Shown piece after piece: positions 1-14,500 of a DNA stretch of 64,000 nt. Source of the DNA: Gordius albopunctatus (taxonomy: Eukaryota); contig OZ193910.1 in assembly GCA_964276515.1 (NCBI GenBank), positions 7,316,001-7,380,000 on the forward strand, read 5' to 3'. Each line of letters opens with the position of its first letter. The stretch's first letter is position 1. The notes beneath the pieces were generated by a model that saw only the letters and a list, made by a program, of their open reading frames with translations, had not been told where the DNA came from and did not search any database. The position numbers were made by a program, and so were the translations under genes.

Positions 1-3000
1 AAATGATTGTTCTCGCAGCCTAAAACTTCTAATAAGGAGTCGATCGAGAATAATAGGATTCTCAAATGAGCTTACTTTTATATATTTTTTCAAGCTCTTT
101 TACATAAAATAACAAAAAATATATTTTTTCAGGTTAAAATAATTCACAATTTTTTCCTTTCAACCATATTCAACCGATGAAAGTTGTTATTTTCAGACGT
201 GATTTCCATGATAAAAAGTCAAAATTTAGCAGAATTAGAAAACTATTACTTTGAAATCATCATCGCATAGAGCATGTTTAAATAATTAAGCACTCACGTT
301 GCGATACAACTAATCGCAACAATATAACGTTGTCTTTTCTCAAAATGATTGTTCTCGCAGCTTAAAACTTCTAATAAGGAGTCGATCGAGAATAATAGGA
401 TTCTCAAATGAGCTTACTTTTATATATTTTTCAAGCTCTTTTACATAAAATAACAAAAAATATATTTTTTCAGGTTAAAATAATTCACAATTTTTTCCTT
501 TCAACCATATTCAACCGATGAAAGTTGTTATTTTCAGACGTGATTTCCATGATAAAAAGTCAAAATTTAGCAGAATTAGAAAACTATTACTTTGAAATCA
601 TCATCGCATAGAGCATGTTTAAATAATTAAGCACTCACGTTGCGATACAACTAATCGCAACAATATAACGTTGTCTTTTCTCAAAATGATTGTTCTCGCA
701 GCCTAAAACTTCTAATAAGGAGTCGATCGAGAATAATAGGATTCTCAAATGAGCTTACTTTAATATATTTTTTCAAGCTCTTTTACATAAAATAACAAAA
801 AATATATTTTTTCAGGTTAAAATAATTCACAATTTTTCCTTTTCAACCATATTCAACCGATGAAAGTTGTTATTTTCAGACGTGATTTCCATGATAAAAA
901 GTCAAAATTTAGCAGAATTAGAAAACTATTACTTTGAAATCATCATCGCATAGAGCATGTTTAAATAATTAAGCACTCACGTTGCGATACAACTAATCGC
1001 AACAATATAACGTTGTCTTTTCTCAAAATGATTGTTCTCGCAGCCTAAAACTTCTAATAAGGAGTCGATCGAGAATAATAGGATTCTCAAATGAGCTTAC
1101 TTTTATATATTTTTTCAAGCTCTTTTACATAAAATAACAAAAAATATATTTTTTCAGGTTAAAATAATTCACAATTTTTTCCTTTCAACCATATTCAACC
1201 GATGAAAGTTGTTATTTTCAGACGTGATTTCCATGATAAAAAGTCAAAATTTAGCAGAATTAGAAAACTATTACTTTGAAATCATCATCGCATAGAGCAT
1301 GTTTAAATAATTAAGCACTCACGTTGCGATACAACTAATCGCAACAATATAACGTTGTCTTTTCTCAAAATGATTGTTCTCGCAGCTTAAAACTTCTAAT
1401 AAGGAGTCGATCGAGAATAATAGGATTCTCAAATGAGCTTACTTTTATATATTTTTTCAAGCTCTTTTACATAAAATAACAAAAAATATGTTTTTTCAGG
1501 TTAAAATAATTCACAATTTTTTCCTTTCAACCATATTCAACCGATCAAAGTTGTTATTTTCAGACGTGATTTCCATGATAAAAAGTCAAAATTTATCAGA
1601 ATTAGAAAACTATTACTTTGAAATCATCATCGCATAGAGCATGTTTAAATAATTAAGCACTCACGTTGCGATACAACTAATCGCAACAATATAACGTTGT
1701 CTTTTCTCAAAATGATTGTTCTCGCAGCCTAAAACTTCTAATAAGGAGTCGATCGAGAATAATAGGATTCTCAAATGAGCTTACTTTTATATATTTTTTC
1801 AAGCTCTTTTACATAAAATAACAAAAAATATATTTTTTCAGGTTAAAATAATTCACAATTTTTTCCTTTCAACCATATTCAACCGATGAAAGTTGTTATT
1901 TTCAGACGTGATTTCCATGATAAAAAGTCAAAATTTATCAGAATTAGAAAACTATTACTTTGAAATCATCATCGCATAGAGCATGTTTAAATAATTAAGC
2001 ACTCACGTTGCGATACAACTAATCGCAACAATATAACGTTGTCTTTTCTCAAAATGATTGTTCTCGCAGCTTAAAACTTCTAATAAGGAGTCGATCGAGA
2101 ATAATAGGATTCTCAAATGAGCTTACTTTTATATATTTTTTCAAGCTCTTTTACATAAAATAACAAAAAATATGTTTTTTCAGGTTAAAATAATTCACAA
2201 TTTTTTCCTTTCAACCATATTCAACCGATCAAAGTTGTTATTTTCAGACGTGATTTCCATGATAAAAAGTCAAAATTTATCAGAATTAGAAAACTATTAC
2301 TTTGAAATCATCATCGCATAGAGCATGTTTAAATAATTAAGCACTCACGTTGCGATACAACTAATCGCAACAATATAACGTTGTCTTTTCTCAAAATGAT
2401 TGTTCTCGCAGCCTAAAACTTCTAATAAGGAGTCGATCGAGAATAATAGGATTCTCAAATGAGTTTACTTTTATATATTTTTTCAAGCTCTTTTACATAA
2501 AATAACAAAAAATATATTTTTTCAGGTTAAAATAATTCACAATTTTTTCCTTTCAACCATATTCAACCGATGAAAGTTGTTATTTTCAGACGTAATTTCG
2601 ATGATAAAAAGTCAAAATTTATCATAATTAGAAAACTATTACTTTGAAATCATCATCGTATAGAGCATGTTTAAATAATTAAGCACTCACGTTGCGATAC
2701 AACAAATTAATCGCAACAATATAACGTTGTCTTTTCTAAAAATGATTGTTCTCGCAGCTTAAAACTTCTTATAAGGAGTCGATCGAGATTAATAGGATTC
2801 TCAAATCAGCTTACTTTTATATATTTTTTCAAGCTCTTTTACATAAAATAACAAAAAATATATTTTTCAGGTTAAAATAATTCACAATTTTTTCCTTTCA
2901 ACCATATTCAACCGATGAAAGTTGTTATTTTCAGACGTGATTTCCATGATAAAAAGTCAAAATTTATCATAATTAGAAAACTATTACTTTGAAATCATCA

Positions 3001-6000
3001 TCGCATAGAGCATGTTTAAATAATTAAGCCCTCACGTTGCGATACAACAAATCAATCGCAACAATATAACGTTGTCTTTTCTAAAAATGATTGTTCTCGC
3101 AGCTTAAAACTTCTTATAAGGAGTCGATCGAGATTAATAGGATTCTCAAATCAGCTTACTTTTATATATTTTTTCAAGCCCTTTTACATAAAATAACAAA
3201 AAATATATTTTTCAGGTTAAAATAATTCACAATTTTTTCCTTTCAACCATATTCAACCGATGAAAGTTGTTATTTTCAGACCTAATTTCCATGATAAAAA
3301 GTCAAAATTTATCATAATTAGAAAACTATTACTTTGAAATCATCATCGCATAGAGCATGTTTAAATAATTAAGCACTCACGTTGCGATACAACTAATCGC
3401 AACAATATAACGTTGTCTTTTCTCAAAATGATTGTTCTCGCAGCCTAAAACTTCTAATAAGGAGTCGATCGAGAATAATAGGATTCTCAAATGAGCTTAC
3501 TTTTATATATTTTTTCAAGCTCTTTTACATAAAATAACAAAAAATATATTTTTTCAGGTTAAAATAATTCACAATTTTTTCCTTTCAACCATATTCAACC
3601 GATGAAAGTTGTTATTTTCAGACGTGATTTCCATGATAAAAAGTCAAAATTTATCAGAATTAGAAAACTATTACTTTGAAATCATCATCGCATAGAGCAT
3701 GTTTAAATAATTAAGCACTCACGTTGCGATACAACTAATCGCAACAATATAACGTTGTCTTTTCTCAAAATGATTGTTCTCGCAGCCTAAAACTTCTAAT
3801 AAGGAGTCGATCGAGAATAATAGGATTCTCAAATGAGCTTACTTTTATATATTTTTTCAAGCTCTTTTACATAAAATAACAAAAAATATATTTTTTCAGG
3901 TTAAAATAATTCACAATTTTTTCCTTTCAACCATATTCAACCGATGAAAGTTGTTATTTTCAGACGTGATTTCCATGATAAAAAGTCAAAATTTAGCAGA
4001 ATTAGAAAACTATTACTTTGAAATCATCATCGCATAGAGCATGTTTAAATAATTAAGCACTCACGTTGCGATACAACTAATCGCAACAATATAACGTTGT
4101 CTTTTCTCAAAATGATTGTTCTCGCAGCTTAAAACTTCTAATAAGGAGTCGATCGAGAATAATAGGATTCTCAAATGAGCTTACTTTTATATATTTTTCA
4201 AGCTCTTTTACATAAAATAACAAAAAATATATTTTTTCAGGTTAAAATAATTCACAATTTTTTCCTTTCAACCATATTCAACCGATGAAAGTTGTTATTT
4301 TCAGACGTGATTTCCATGATAAAAAGTCAAAATTTAGCAGAATTAGAAAACTATTACTTTGAAATCATCATCGCATAGAGCATGTTTAAATAATTAAGCA
4401 CTCACGTTGCGATACAACTAATCGCAACAATATAACGTTGTCTTTTCTCAAAATGATTGTTCTCGCAGCCTAAAACTTCTAATAAGGAGTCGATCGAGAA
4501 TAATAGGATTCTCAAATGAGCTTACTTTAATATATTTTTTCAAGCTCTTTTACATAAAATAACAAAAAATATATTTTTTCAGGTTAAAATAATTCACAAT
4601 TTTTCCTTTTCAACCATATTCAACCGATGAAAGTTGTTATTTTCAGACGTGATTTCCATGATAAAAAGTCAAAATTTAGCAGAATTAGAAAACTATTACT
4701 TTGAAATCATCATCGCATAGAGCATGTTTAAATAATTAAGCACTCACGTTGCGATACAACTAATCGCAACAATATAACGTTGTCTTTTCTCAAAATGATT
4801 GTTCTCGCAGCCTAAAACTTCTAATAAGGAGTCGATCGAGAATAATAGGATTCTCAAATGAGCTTACTTTTATATATTTTTTCAAGCTCTTTTACATAAA
4901 ATAACAAAAAATATATTTTTTCAGGTTAAAATAATTCACAATTTTTTCCTTTCAACCATATTCAACCGATGAAAGTTGTTATTTTCAGACGTGATTTCCA
5001 TGATAAAAAGTCAAAATTTAGCAGAATTAGAAAACTATTACTTTGAAATCATCATCGCATAGAGCATGTTTAAATAATTAAGCACTCACGTTGCGATACA
5101 ACTAATCGCAACAATATAACGTTGTCTTTTCTCAAAATGATTGTTCTCGCAGCTTAAAACTTCTAATAAGGAGTCGATCGAGAATAATAGGATTCTCAAA
5201 TGAGCTTACTTTTATATATTTTTTCAAGCTCTTTTACATAAAATAACAAAAAATATGTTTTTTCAGGTTAAAATAATTCACAATTTTTTCCTTTCAACCA
5301 TATTCAACCGATCAAAGTTGTTATTTTCAGACGTGATTTCCATGATAAAAAGTCAAAATTTATCAGAATTAGAAAACTATTACTTTGAAATCATCATCGC
5401 ATAGAGCATGTTTAAATAATTAAGCACTCACGTTGCGATACAACTAATCGCAACAATATAACGTTGTCTTTTCTCAAAATGATTGTTCTCGCAGCCTAAA
5501 ACTTCTAATAAGGAGTCGATCGAGAATAATAGGATTCTCAAATGAGCTTACTTTTATATATTTTTTCAAGCTCTTTTACATAAAATAACAAAAAATATAT
5601 TTTTTCAGGTTAAAATAATTCACAATTTTTTCCTTTCAACCATATTCAACCGATGAAAGTTGTTATTTTCAGACGTGATTTCCATGATAAAAAGTCAAAA
5701 TTTATCAGAATTAGAAAACTATTACTTTGAAATCATCATCGCATAGAGCATGTTTAAATAATTAAGCACTCACGTTGCGATACAACTAATCGCAACAATA
5801 TAACGTTGTCTTTTCTCAAAATGATTGTTCTCGCAGCTTAAAACTTCTAATAAGGAGTCGATCGAGAATAATAGGATTCTCAAATGAGCTTACTTTTATA
5901 TATTTTTTCAAGCTCTTTTACATAAAATAACAAAAAATATGTTTTTTCAGGTTAAAATAATTCACAATTTTTTCCTTTCAACCATATTCAACCGATCAAA

Positions 6001-7211
6001 GTTGTTATTTTCAGACGTGATTTCCATGATAAAAAGTCAAAATTTATCAGAATTAGAAAACTATTACTTTGAAATCATCATCGCATAGAGCATGTTTAAA
6101 TAATTAAGCACTCACGTTGCGATACAACTAATCGCAACAATATAACGTTGTCTTTTCTCAAAATGATTGTTCTCGCAGCCTAAAACTTCTAATAAGGAGT
6201 CGATCGAGAATAATAGGATTCTCAAATGAGTTTACTTTTATATATTTTTTCAAGCTCTTTTACATAAAATAACAAAAAATATATTTTTTCAGGTTAAAAT
6301 AATTCACAATTTTTTCCTTTCAACCATATTCAACCGATGAAAGTTGTTATTTTCAGACGTAATTTCGATGATAAAAAGTCAAAATTTATCATAATTAGAA
6401 AACTATTACTTTGAAATCATCATCGTATAGAGCATGTTTAAATAATTAAGCACTCACGTTGCGATACAACAAATTAATCGCAACAATATAACGTTGTCTT
6501 TTCTAAAAATGATTGTTCTCGCAGCTTAAAACTTCTTATAAGGAGTCGATCGAGATTAATAGGATTCTCAAATCAGCTTACTTTTATATATTTTTTCAAG
6601 CTCTTTTACATAAAATAACAAAAAATATATTTTTCAGGTTAAAATAATTCACAATTTTTTCCTTTCAACCATATTCAACCGATGAAAGTTGTTATTTTCA
6701 GACGTGATTTCCATGATAAAAAGTCAAAATTTATCATAATTAGAAAACTATTACTTTGAAATCATCATCGCATAGAGCATGTTTAAATAATTAAGCCCTC
6801 ACGTTGCGATACAACAAATCAATCGCAACAATATAACGTTGTCTTTTCTAAAAATGATTGTTCTCGCAGCTTAAAACTTCTTATAAGGAGTCGATCGAGA
6901 TTAATAGGATTCTCAAATCAGCTTACTTTTATATATTTTTTCAAGCCCTTTTACATAAAATAACAAAAAATATATTTTTCAGGTTAAAATAATTCACAAT
7001 TTTTTCCTTTCAACCATATTCAACCGATGAAAGTTGTTATTTTCAGACCTAATTTCCATGATAAAAAGTCAAAATTTATCATAATTAGAAAACTATTACT
7101 TTGAAATCATCATCGCATAGAGCATGTTTAAATAATTAAGCACTCACGTTGCGATACAACTAATCGCAACAATATAACGTTGTCTTTTCTCAAAATGATT
7201 GTTCTCGCAGC
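1..7211 (+). repeat. Higher-order duplication in A, 3767-bp offset (11 monomers)
   Basis: Rare variants recur at exactly +3767: aatttttccttttc (831/4598) and cagacctaatttcc (3281/7048). The match breaks at 3445 vs 7212. Confidence 0.9.
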
Positions 7212-10200
7212 TTAAAACTTCTAATAAGGAGTCGATCGAGAATAATAGGATTCTCAAATGAGCTTACTTTTATATATTTTTCAAGCTCTTTTACATAAAA
7301 TAACAAAAAATATATTTTTTCAGGTTAAAATAATTCACAATTTTTTCCTTTCAACCATATTCAACCGATGAAAGTTGTTATTTTCAGACGTGATTTCGAT
7401 GATAAAAAGTCAAAATTTATCAGAATTAGAAAACTATTACTTTGAAATCATCATCGCATAGAGCTTGTTTAAATAATTAAGCACTCACGTTGCGATACAA
7501 CTAATCGCAACAATATAACGTTGTCTTTTCTCAAAATGATTGTTCTCGCAGCTTAAAACTTCTTTCTAAAGTCAATCGAGGATAAAAGGTTTCTCAAATT
7601 GGCTTACTTTAAAATATTTTTTCAAGCTCTTTTACATAAAATAACAAAAAATATATTTTTTCAGGTTAAAATAATTCACAATTTTTTCCTTTCAACCATA
7701 TTCAACCGATGAAAGTTGTTATTTTCAGACGTGATTTCCATGATAAAAAGTCAAAATTTATCAGAATTAGAAAACTATTACTTTGAAATCATCATCGCAT
7801 AGAGCATGTTTAAATAATTAAGCACTCACGTTGCGATACAACTAATCGCAACAATATAACGTTGTCTTTTCTCAAAATGATTGTTCCATCGCATAGAGCA
7901 TGTTTAAATAATTAAGCACTCACGTTGCGATACAACAAATTAATCGCAACAATATAACGTTGTCTTTTCTCAAAATGATTGTTCTCGCAGCTTAAAACTT
8001 CTAATAAGGAGTCGATCGAGAATAATAGGATTCTCAAATGAGCTACCGATGAAAGTTGTTATTTTCAGACGTGATTTCCATGATAAAAAGTCAAAATTTA
8101 GCAGAATTAGAAAAACTATTACTTTGAAATCATCATCGCATAGAGCATGTTTAAATAATTAAGCACTCACGTTGCGATACAACAAATTAATCGCAACAAT
8201 ATAACGTTGTCTTTTCTCAAAATGATTGTTCTCGCAGCTTAAAACTTCTAATAAGGAGTCGATCGAGAATAATAGGATTCTCAAATGAGCTTACTTTTAT
8301 ATATTTTTTCAAGCTCTTTTACATAAAATAACAAAAAATATATTTTTTCAGGTTAAAATAATTCACAATTTTTTCCTTTCAACCATATTCAACCGATGAA
8401 AGTTGTTATTTTCAGACGTGATTTCCATGATAAAAAGTCAAAATTTAGCAGAATTAGAAAACTATTACTTTGAAATCATCATCGCATAGAGCATGTTTAA
8501 ATAATTAAGCACTCACGTTGCGATACAACTAATCGCAACAATATAACGTTGTCTTTTCTCAAAATGATTGTTCTCGCAGCTTAAAACTTCTAATAAGGAG
8601 TCGATCGAGAATAATAGGATTCTCAAATGAGCTTACTTTTATATATTTTTCAAGCTCTTTTACATAAAATAACAAAAAATATATTTTTTCAGGTTAAAAT
8701 AATTCACAATTTTTTCCTTTCAACCATATTCAACCGATGAAAGTTGTTATTTTCAGACGTAATTTCGATGATAAAAAGTCAAAATTTATCATAATTAGAA
8801 AACTATTACTTTGAAATCATCATCGTATAGAGCATGTTTAAATAATTAAGCACTCACGTTGCGATACAACAAATTAATCGCAACAATATAACGTTGTCTT
8901 TTCTCAAAATGATTGTTCTCGCAGCTTAAAACTTCTAATAAGGAGTCGATCGAGAATAATAGGATTCTCAAATGAGCTTACTTTTATATATTTTTCAAGC
9001 TCTTTTACATAAAATAACAAAAAATATATTTTTTCAGGTTAAAATAATTCACAATTTTTTCCTTTCAACCATATTCAACCGATGAAAGTTGTTATTTTCA
9101 GACGTGATTTCGATGATAAAAAGTCAAAATTTATCATAATTAGAAAACTATTACTTTGAAATCATCATCGCATAGAGCATGTTTAAATAATTAAGCACTC
9201 ACGTTGCGATACAACAAATTAATCGCAACAATATAACGTTGTCTTTTCTCAAAATGATTGTTCTCGCAGCTTAAAACTTCTAATAAGGAGTCGATCGAGA
9301 ATAATAGGATTCTCAAATGAGCTTACTTTTATATATTTTTTCAAGCTCTTTTACATAAAATAACAAAAAATATATTTTTTCAGGTTAAAATAATTCACAA
9401 TTTTTTCCTTTCAACCATATTCAACCGATGAAAGTTGTTATTTTCAGACGTGATTTCGATGATAAAAAGTCAAAATTTATCATAATTAGAAAACTATTAC
9501 TTTGAAATCATCATCGCATAGAGCATGTTTAAATAATTAAGCACTCACGTTGCGATACAACAAATTAATCGCGACAATATAACGTTGTCTTTTCTCAAAA
9601 TGATTGTTCTCGCAGCTTAAAACTTCTAATAAGGAGTCGATCGAGAATAATAGGATTCTCAAATGAGCTTACTTTTATATATTTTTTCAAGCTCTTTTAC
9701 ATAAAATAACAAAAAATATATTTTTTCAGGTTAAAATAATTCACAATTTTTTCCTTTCAACCATATTCAACCGATGAAAGTTGTTATTTTCAGACGTGAT
9801 TTCGATGATAAAAAGTCAAAATTTATCATAATTAGAAAACTATTACTTTGAAATCATCATCGCATAGAGCATGTTTAAATAATTAAGCACTCACGTTGCG
9901 ATACAACAAATTAATCGCAACAATATAACGTTGTCTTTTCTCAAAATGATTGTTCTCGCAGCTTAAAACTTCTAATAAGGAGTCGATCGAGAATAATAGG
10001 ATTCTCAAATGAGCTTACTTTTATATATTTTTCAAGCTCTTTTACATAAAATAACAAAAAATATATTTTTTCAGGTTAAATAATTCACAATTTTTTCCTT
10101 TCAACCATATTCAACCGATGAAAGTTGTTATTTTCAGACGTGATTTCGATGATAAAAAGTCAAAATTTATCAGAATTAGAAAACTATTACTTTGAAATCA

Positions 10201-11544
10201 TCATCGCATAGAGCATGTTTAAATAATTAAGCACTCACGTTGCGATACAACTAATCGCAACAATATAACGTTGTCTTTTCTCAAAATGATTGTTCTCGCA
10301 GCTTAAAACTTCTAATAAGGAGTCAATCGAGAATAATAGGATTCTCAAATGAGCTTACTTTTATATATTTTTCAAGCTCTTTTACATAAAATAACAAAAA
10401 ATATATTTTTTCAGGTTAAAATAATTCACAATTTTTTCCTTTCAACCATATTCAACCGATGAAAGTTGTTATTTTCAGACGTGATTTCCATGATAAAAAG
10501 TCAAAATTTATCAGAATTAGAAAACTATTACTTTGAAATCATCATCGCATAGAGCATGTTTAAATAATTAAGCACTCACGTTGCGATACAACTAATCGCA
10601 ACAATATAACGTTGTCTTTTCTCAAAATGATTGTTCTCGCAGCTTAAAACTTCTTTCTAAAGTCAATCGAGGATAAAAGGTTTCTCAAATTGGCTTACTT
10701 TAAAATATTTTTTCAAGCTCTTTTACATAAAATAACAAAAAATATATTTTTTCAGGTTAAAATAATTCACAATTTTTTCCTTTCAACCATATTCAACCGA
10801 TGAAAGTTGTTATTTTCAGACGTGATTTCCATGATAAAAAGTCAAAATTTAGCAGAATTAGAAAACTATTACTTTGAAATCATCATCGCATAGAGCATGT
10901 TTAAATAATTAAGCACTCACGTTGCGATACAACAAATTAATCGCAACAATATAACGTTGTCTTTTCTCAAAATGATTGTTCTCGCAGCTTAAAACTTCTA
11001 ATAAGGAGTCGATCGAGAATAATAGGATTCTCAAATGAGCTTACTTTTATATATTTTTTCAAGCTCTTTTACATAAAATAACAAAAAATATATTTTTTCA
11101 GGTTAAAATAATTCACAATTTTTTCCTTTCAACCATATTCAACCGATGAAAGTTGTTATTTTCAGACGTGATTTCCATGATAAAAAGTCAAAATTTAGCA
11201 GAATTAGAAAACTATTACTTTGAAATCATCATCGCATAGAGCATGTTTAAATAATTAAGCACTCACGTTGCGATACAACAAATTAATCGCAACAATATAA
11301 CGTTGTCTTTTCTCAAAATGATTGTTCTCGCAGCTTAAAACTTCTAATAAGGAGTCGATCGAGAATAATAGGATTCTCAAATGAGCTTACTTTTATATAT
11401 TTTTTCAAGCTCTTTTACATAAAATAACTAAAAATATATTTTTTCAGGTTAAAATAATTCACAATTTTTTCCTTTCAACCATATTCAACCGATGAAAGTT
11501 GTTATTTTCAGACGTGATTTCCATGATAAAAAGTCAAAATTTAG

Positions 11545-14500
11545 CAGAATTAGAAAACTATTACTTTGAAATCATCATCGCATAGAGCATGTTTAAATAA
11601 TTAAGCACTCACGTTGCGATACAACTAATCGCAACAATATAACGTTGTCTTTTCTCAAAATGATTGTTCTCGCAGCTTAAAACTTCTAATAAGGAGTCGA
11701 TCGAGAATAATAGGATTCTCAAATGAGCTTACTTTTATATATTTTTTCAAGCTCTTTTACATAAAATAACAAAAAATATATTTTTTCAGGTTAAAATAAT
11801 TCACAATTTTTTCCTTTCAACCATATTCAACCGATGAAAGTTGTTATTTTCAGACGTGATTTCGATGATAAAAAGTCAAAATTTATCATAATTAGAAAAC
11901 TATTACTTTGAAATCATCATCGCATAGAGCATGTTTAAATAATTAAGCCCTCACGTTGCGATACAACAAATCAATCGCAACAATATAACGTTGTCTTTTC
12001 TAAAAATGATTGTTCTCGCAGCTTAAAACTTCTAATAAGGAGTCGATCGAGAATAATAGGATTCTCAAATGAGCTTACTTTTATATATTTTCTAAGCTCT
12101 TTTACATAAAATAACAAAAAATATATTTTTTCAGGTTAAAATAATTCACAATTTTTTCCTTTCAACCATATTCAACCGATGAAAGTTGTTATTTTCAGAC
12201 GTGATTTCGATGATAAAAAGTCAAAATTTATCAGAATTAGAAAACTATTACTTTGAAATCATCATCGCATAGAGCATGTTTAAATAATTAAGCACTCACG
12301 TTGCGATACAACTAATCGCAACAATATAACGTTGTCTTTTCTCAAAATGATTGTTCTCGCAGCTTAAAACTTCTAATAAGGAGTCGATCGAGAATAATAG
12401 GATTCTCAAATGAGCTTACTTTTATATATTTTTTCAAGCTCTTTTACATAAAATAACAAAAAATATATTTTTTCAGGTTAAAATAATTCACAATTTTTTC
12501 CTTTCAACCATATTCAACCGATGAAAGTTGTTATTTTCAGACGTGATTTCCATGATAAAAAGTCAAAATTTAGCAGAATTAGAAAACTATTACTTTGAAA
12601 TCATCATCGCATAGAGCATGTTTAAATAATTAAGCACTCACGTTGCGATACAACTAATCGCAACAATATAACGTTGTCTTTTCTCAAAATGATTGTTCTC
12701 GCAGCTTAAAACTTCTAATAAGGAGTCGATCGAGAATAATAGGATTCTCAAATGAGCTTACTTTTATATATTTTTCAAGCTCTTTTACATAAAATAACAA
12801 AAAATATATTTTTTCAGGTTAAAATAATTCACAATTTTTTCCTTTCAACCATATTCAACCGATGAAAGTTGTTATTTTCAGACGTGATTTCGATGATAAA
12901 AAGTCAAAATTTATCAGAATTAGAAAACTATTACTTTGAAATCATCATCGCATAGAGCATGTTTAAATAATTAAGCACTCACGTTGCGATACAACTAATC
13001 GCAACAATATAACGTTGTCTTTTCTCAAAATGATTGTTCTCGCAGCTTAAAACTTCTTTCTAAAGTCAATCGAGGATAAAAGGTTTCTCAAATTGGCTTA
13101 CTTTAAAATATTTTTTCAAGCTCTTTTACATAAAATAACAAAAAATATATTTTTTCAGGTTAAAATAATTCACAATTTTTTCCTTTCAACCATATTCAAC
13201 CGATGAAAGTTGTTATTTTCAGACGTGATTTCCATGATAAAAAGTCAAAATTTATCAGAATTAGAAAACTATTACTTTGAAATCATCATCGCATAGAGCA
13301 TGTTTAAATAATTAAGCACTCACGTTGCGATACAACTAATCGCAACAATATAACGTTGTCTTTTCTCAAAATGATTGTTCTCGCAGCTTAAAACTTCTAA
13401 TAAGGAGTCGATCGAGAATAATAGGATTCTCAAATGAGCTTACTTTTATATATTTTTTCAAGCTCTTTTACATAAAATAACAAAAAATATATTTTTTCAG
13501 GTTAAAATAATTCACAATTTTTTCCTTTCAACCATATTCAACCGATGAAAGTTGTTATTTTCAGACGTGATTTCGATGATAAAAAGTCAAAATTTATCAT
13601 AATTAGAAAACTATTACTTTGAAATCATCATCGCATAGAGCATGTTTAAATAATTAAGCACTCACGTTGCGATACAACAAATTAATCGCAACAATATAAC
13701 GTTGTCTTTTCTCAAAATGATTGTTCTCGCAGCTTAAAACTTCTAATAAGGAGTCGATCGAGAATAATAGGATTCTCAAATGAGCTTACTTTTATATATT
13801 TTTTCAAGCTCTTTTACATAAAATAACAAAAAAAATATTTTTTCAGGTTAAATAATTCACAATTTTTTCCTTTCAACCATATTCAACCGATGAAAGTTGT
13901 TATTTTCAGACGTGATTTCCATGATAAAAAGTCAAAATTTAGCAGAATTAGAAAACTATTACTTTGAAATCATCATCGCATAGAGCATGTTTAAATAATT
14001 AAGCACTCACGTTGCGATACAACTAATCGCAACAATATAACGTTGTCTTTTCTCAAAATGATTGTTCTCGCAGCTTAAAACTTCTAATAAGGAGTCGATC
14101 GAGAATAATAGGATTCTCAAATGAGCTTACTTTTATATATTTTTCAAGCTCTTTTACATAAAATAACAAAAAATATATTTTTTCAGGTTAAAATAATTCA
14201 CAATTTTTTCCTTTCAACCATATTCAACCGATGAAAGTTGTTATTTTCAGACGTGATTTCGATGATAAAAAGTCAAAATTTATCAGAATTAGAAAACTAT
14301 TACTTTGAAATCATCATCGCATAGAGCATGTTTAAATAATTAAGCACTCACGTTGCGATACAACTAATCGCAACAATATAACGTTGTCTTTTCTCAAAAT
14401 GATTGTTCTCGCAGCTTAAAACTTCTTTCTAAAGTCAATCGAGGATAAAAGGTTTCTCAAATTGGCTTACTTTAAAATATTTTTTCAAGCTCTTTTACAT

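Noticed and set aside
30..70. taaggag Shine-Dalgarno-like motif and TATA-like runs
   Set aside because: These short motifs are expected by chance in AT-rich repeats and have no downstream ORF.
1..342. 342 bp as a 2 x 171-bp alpha-satellite-like dimer
   Set aside because: The two halves show no visible similarity, and I recognise no alpha-satellite sequence or CENP-B box. The length match appears coincidental.
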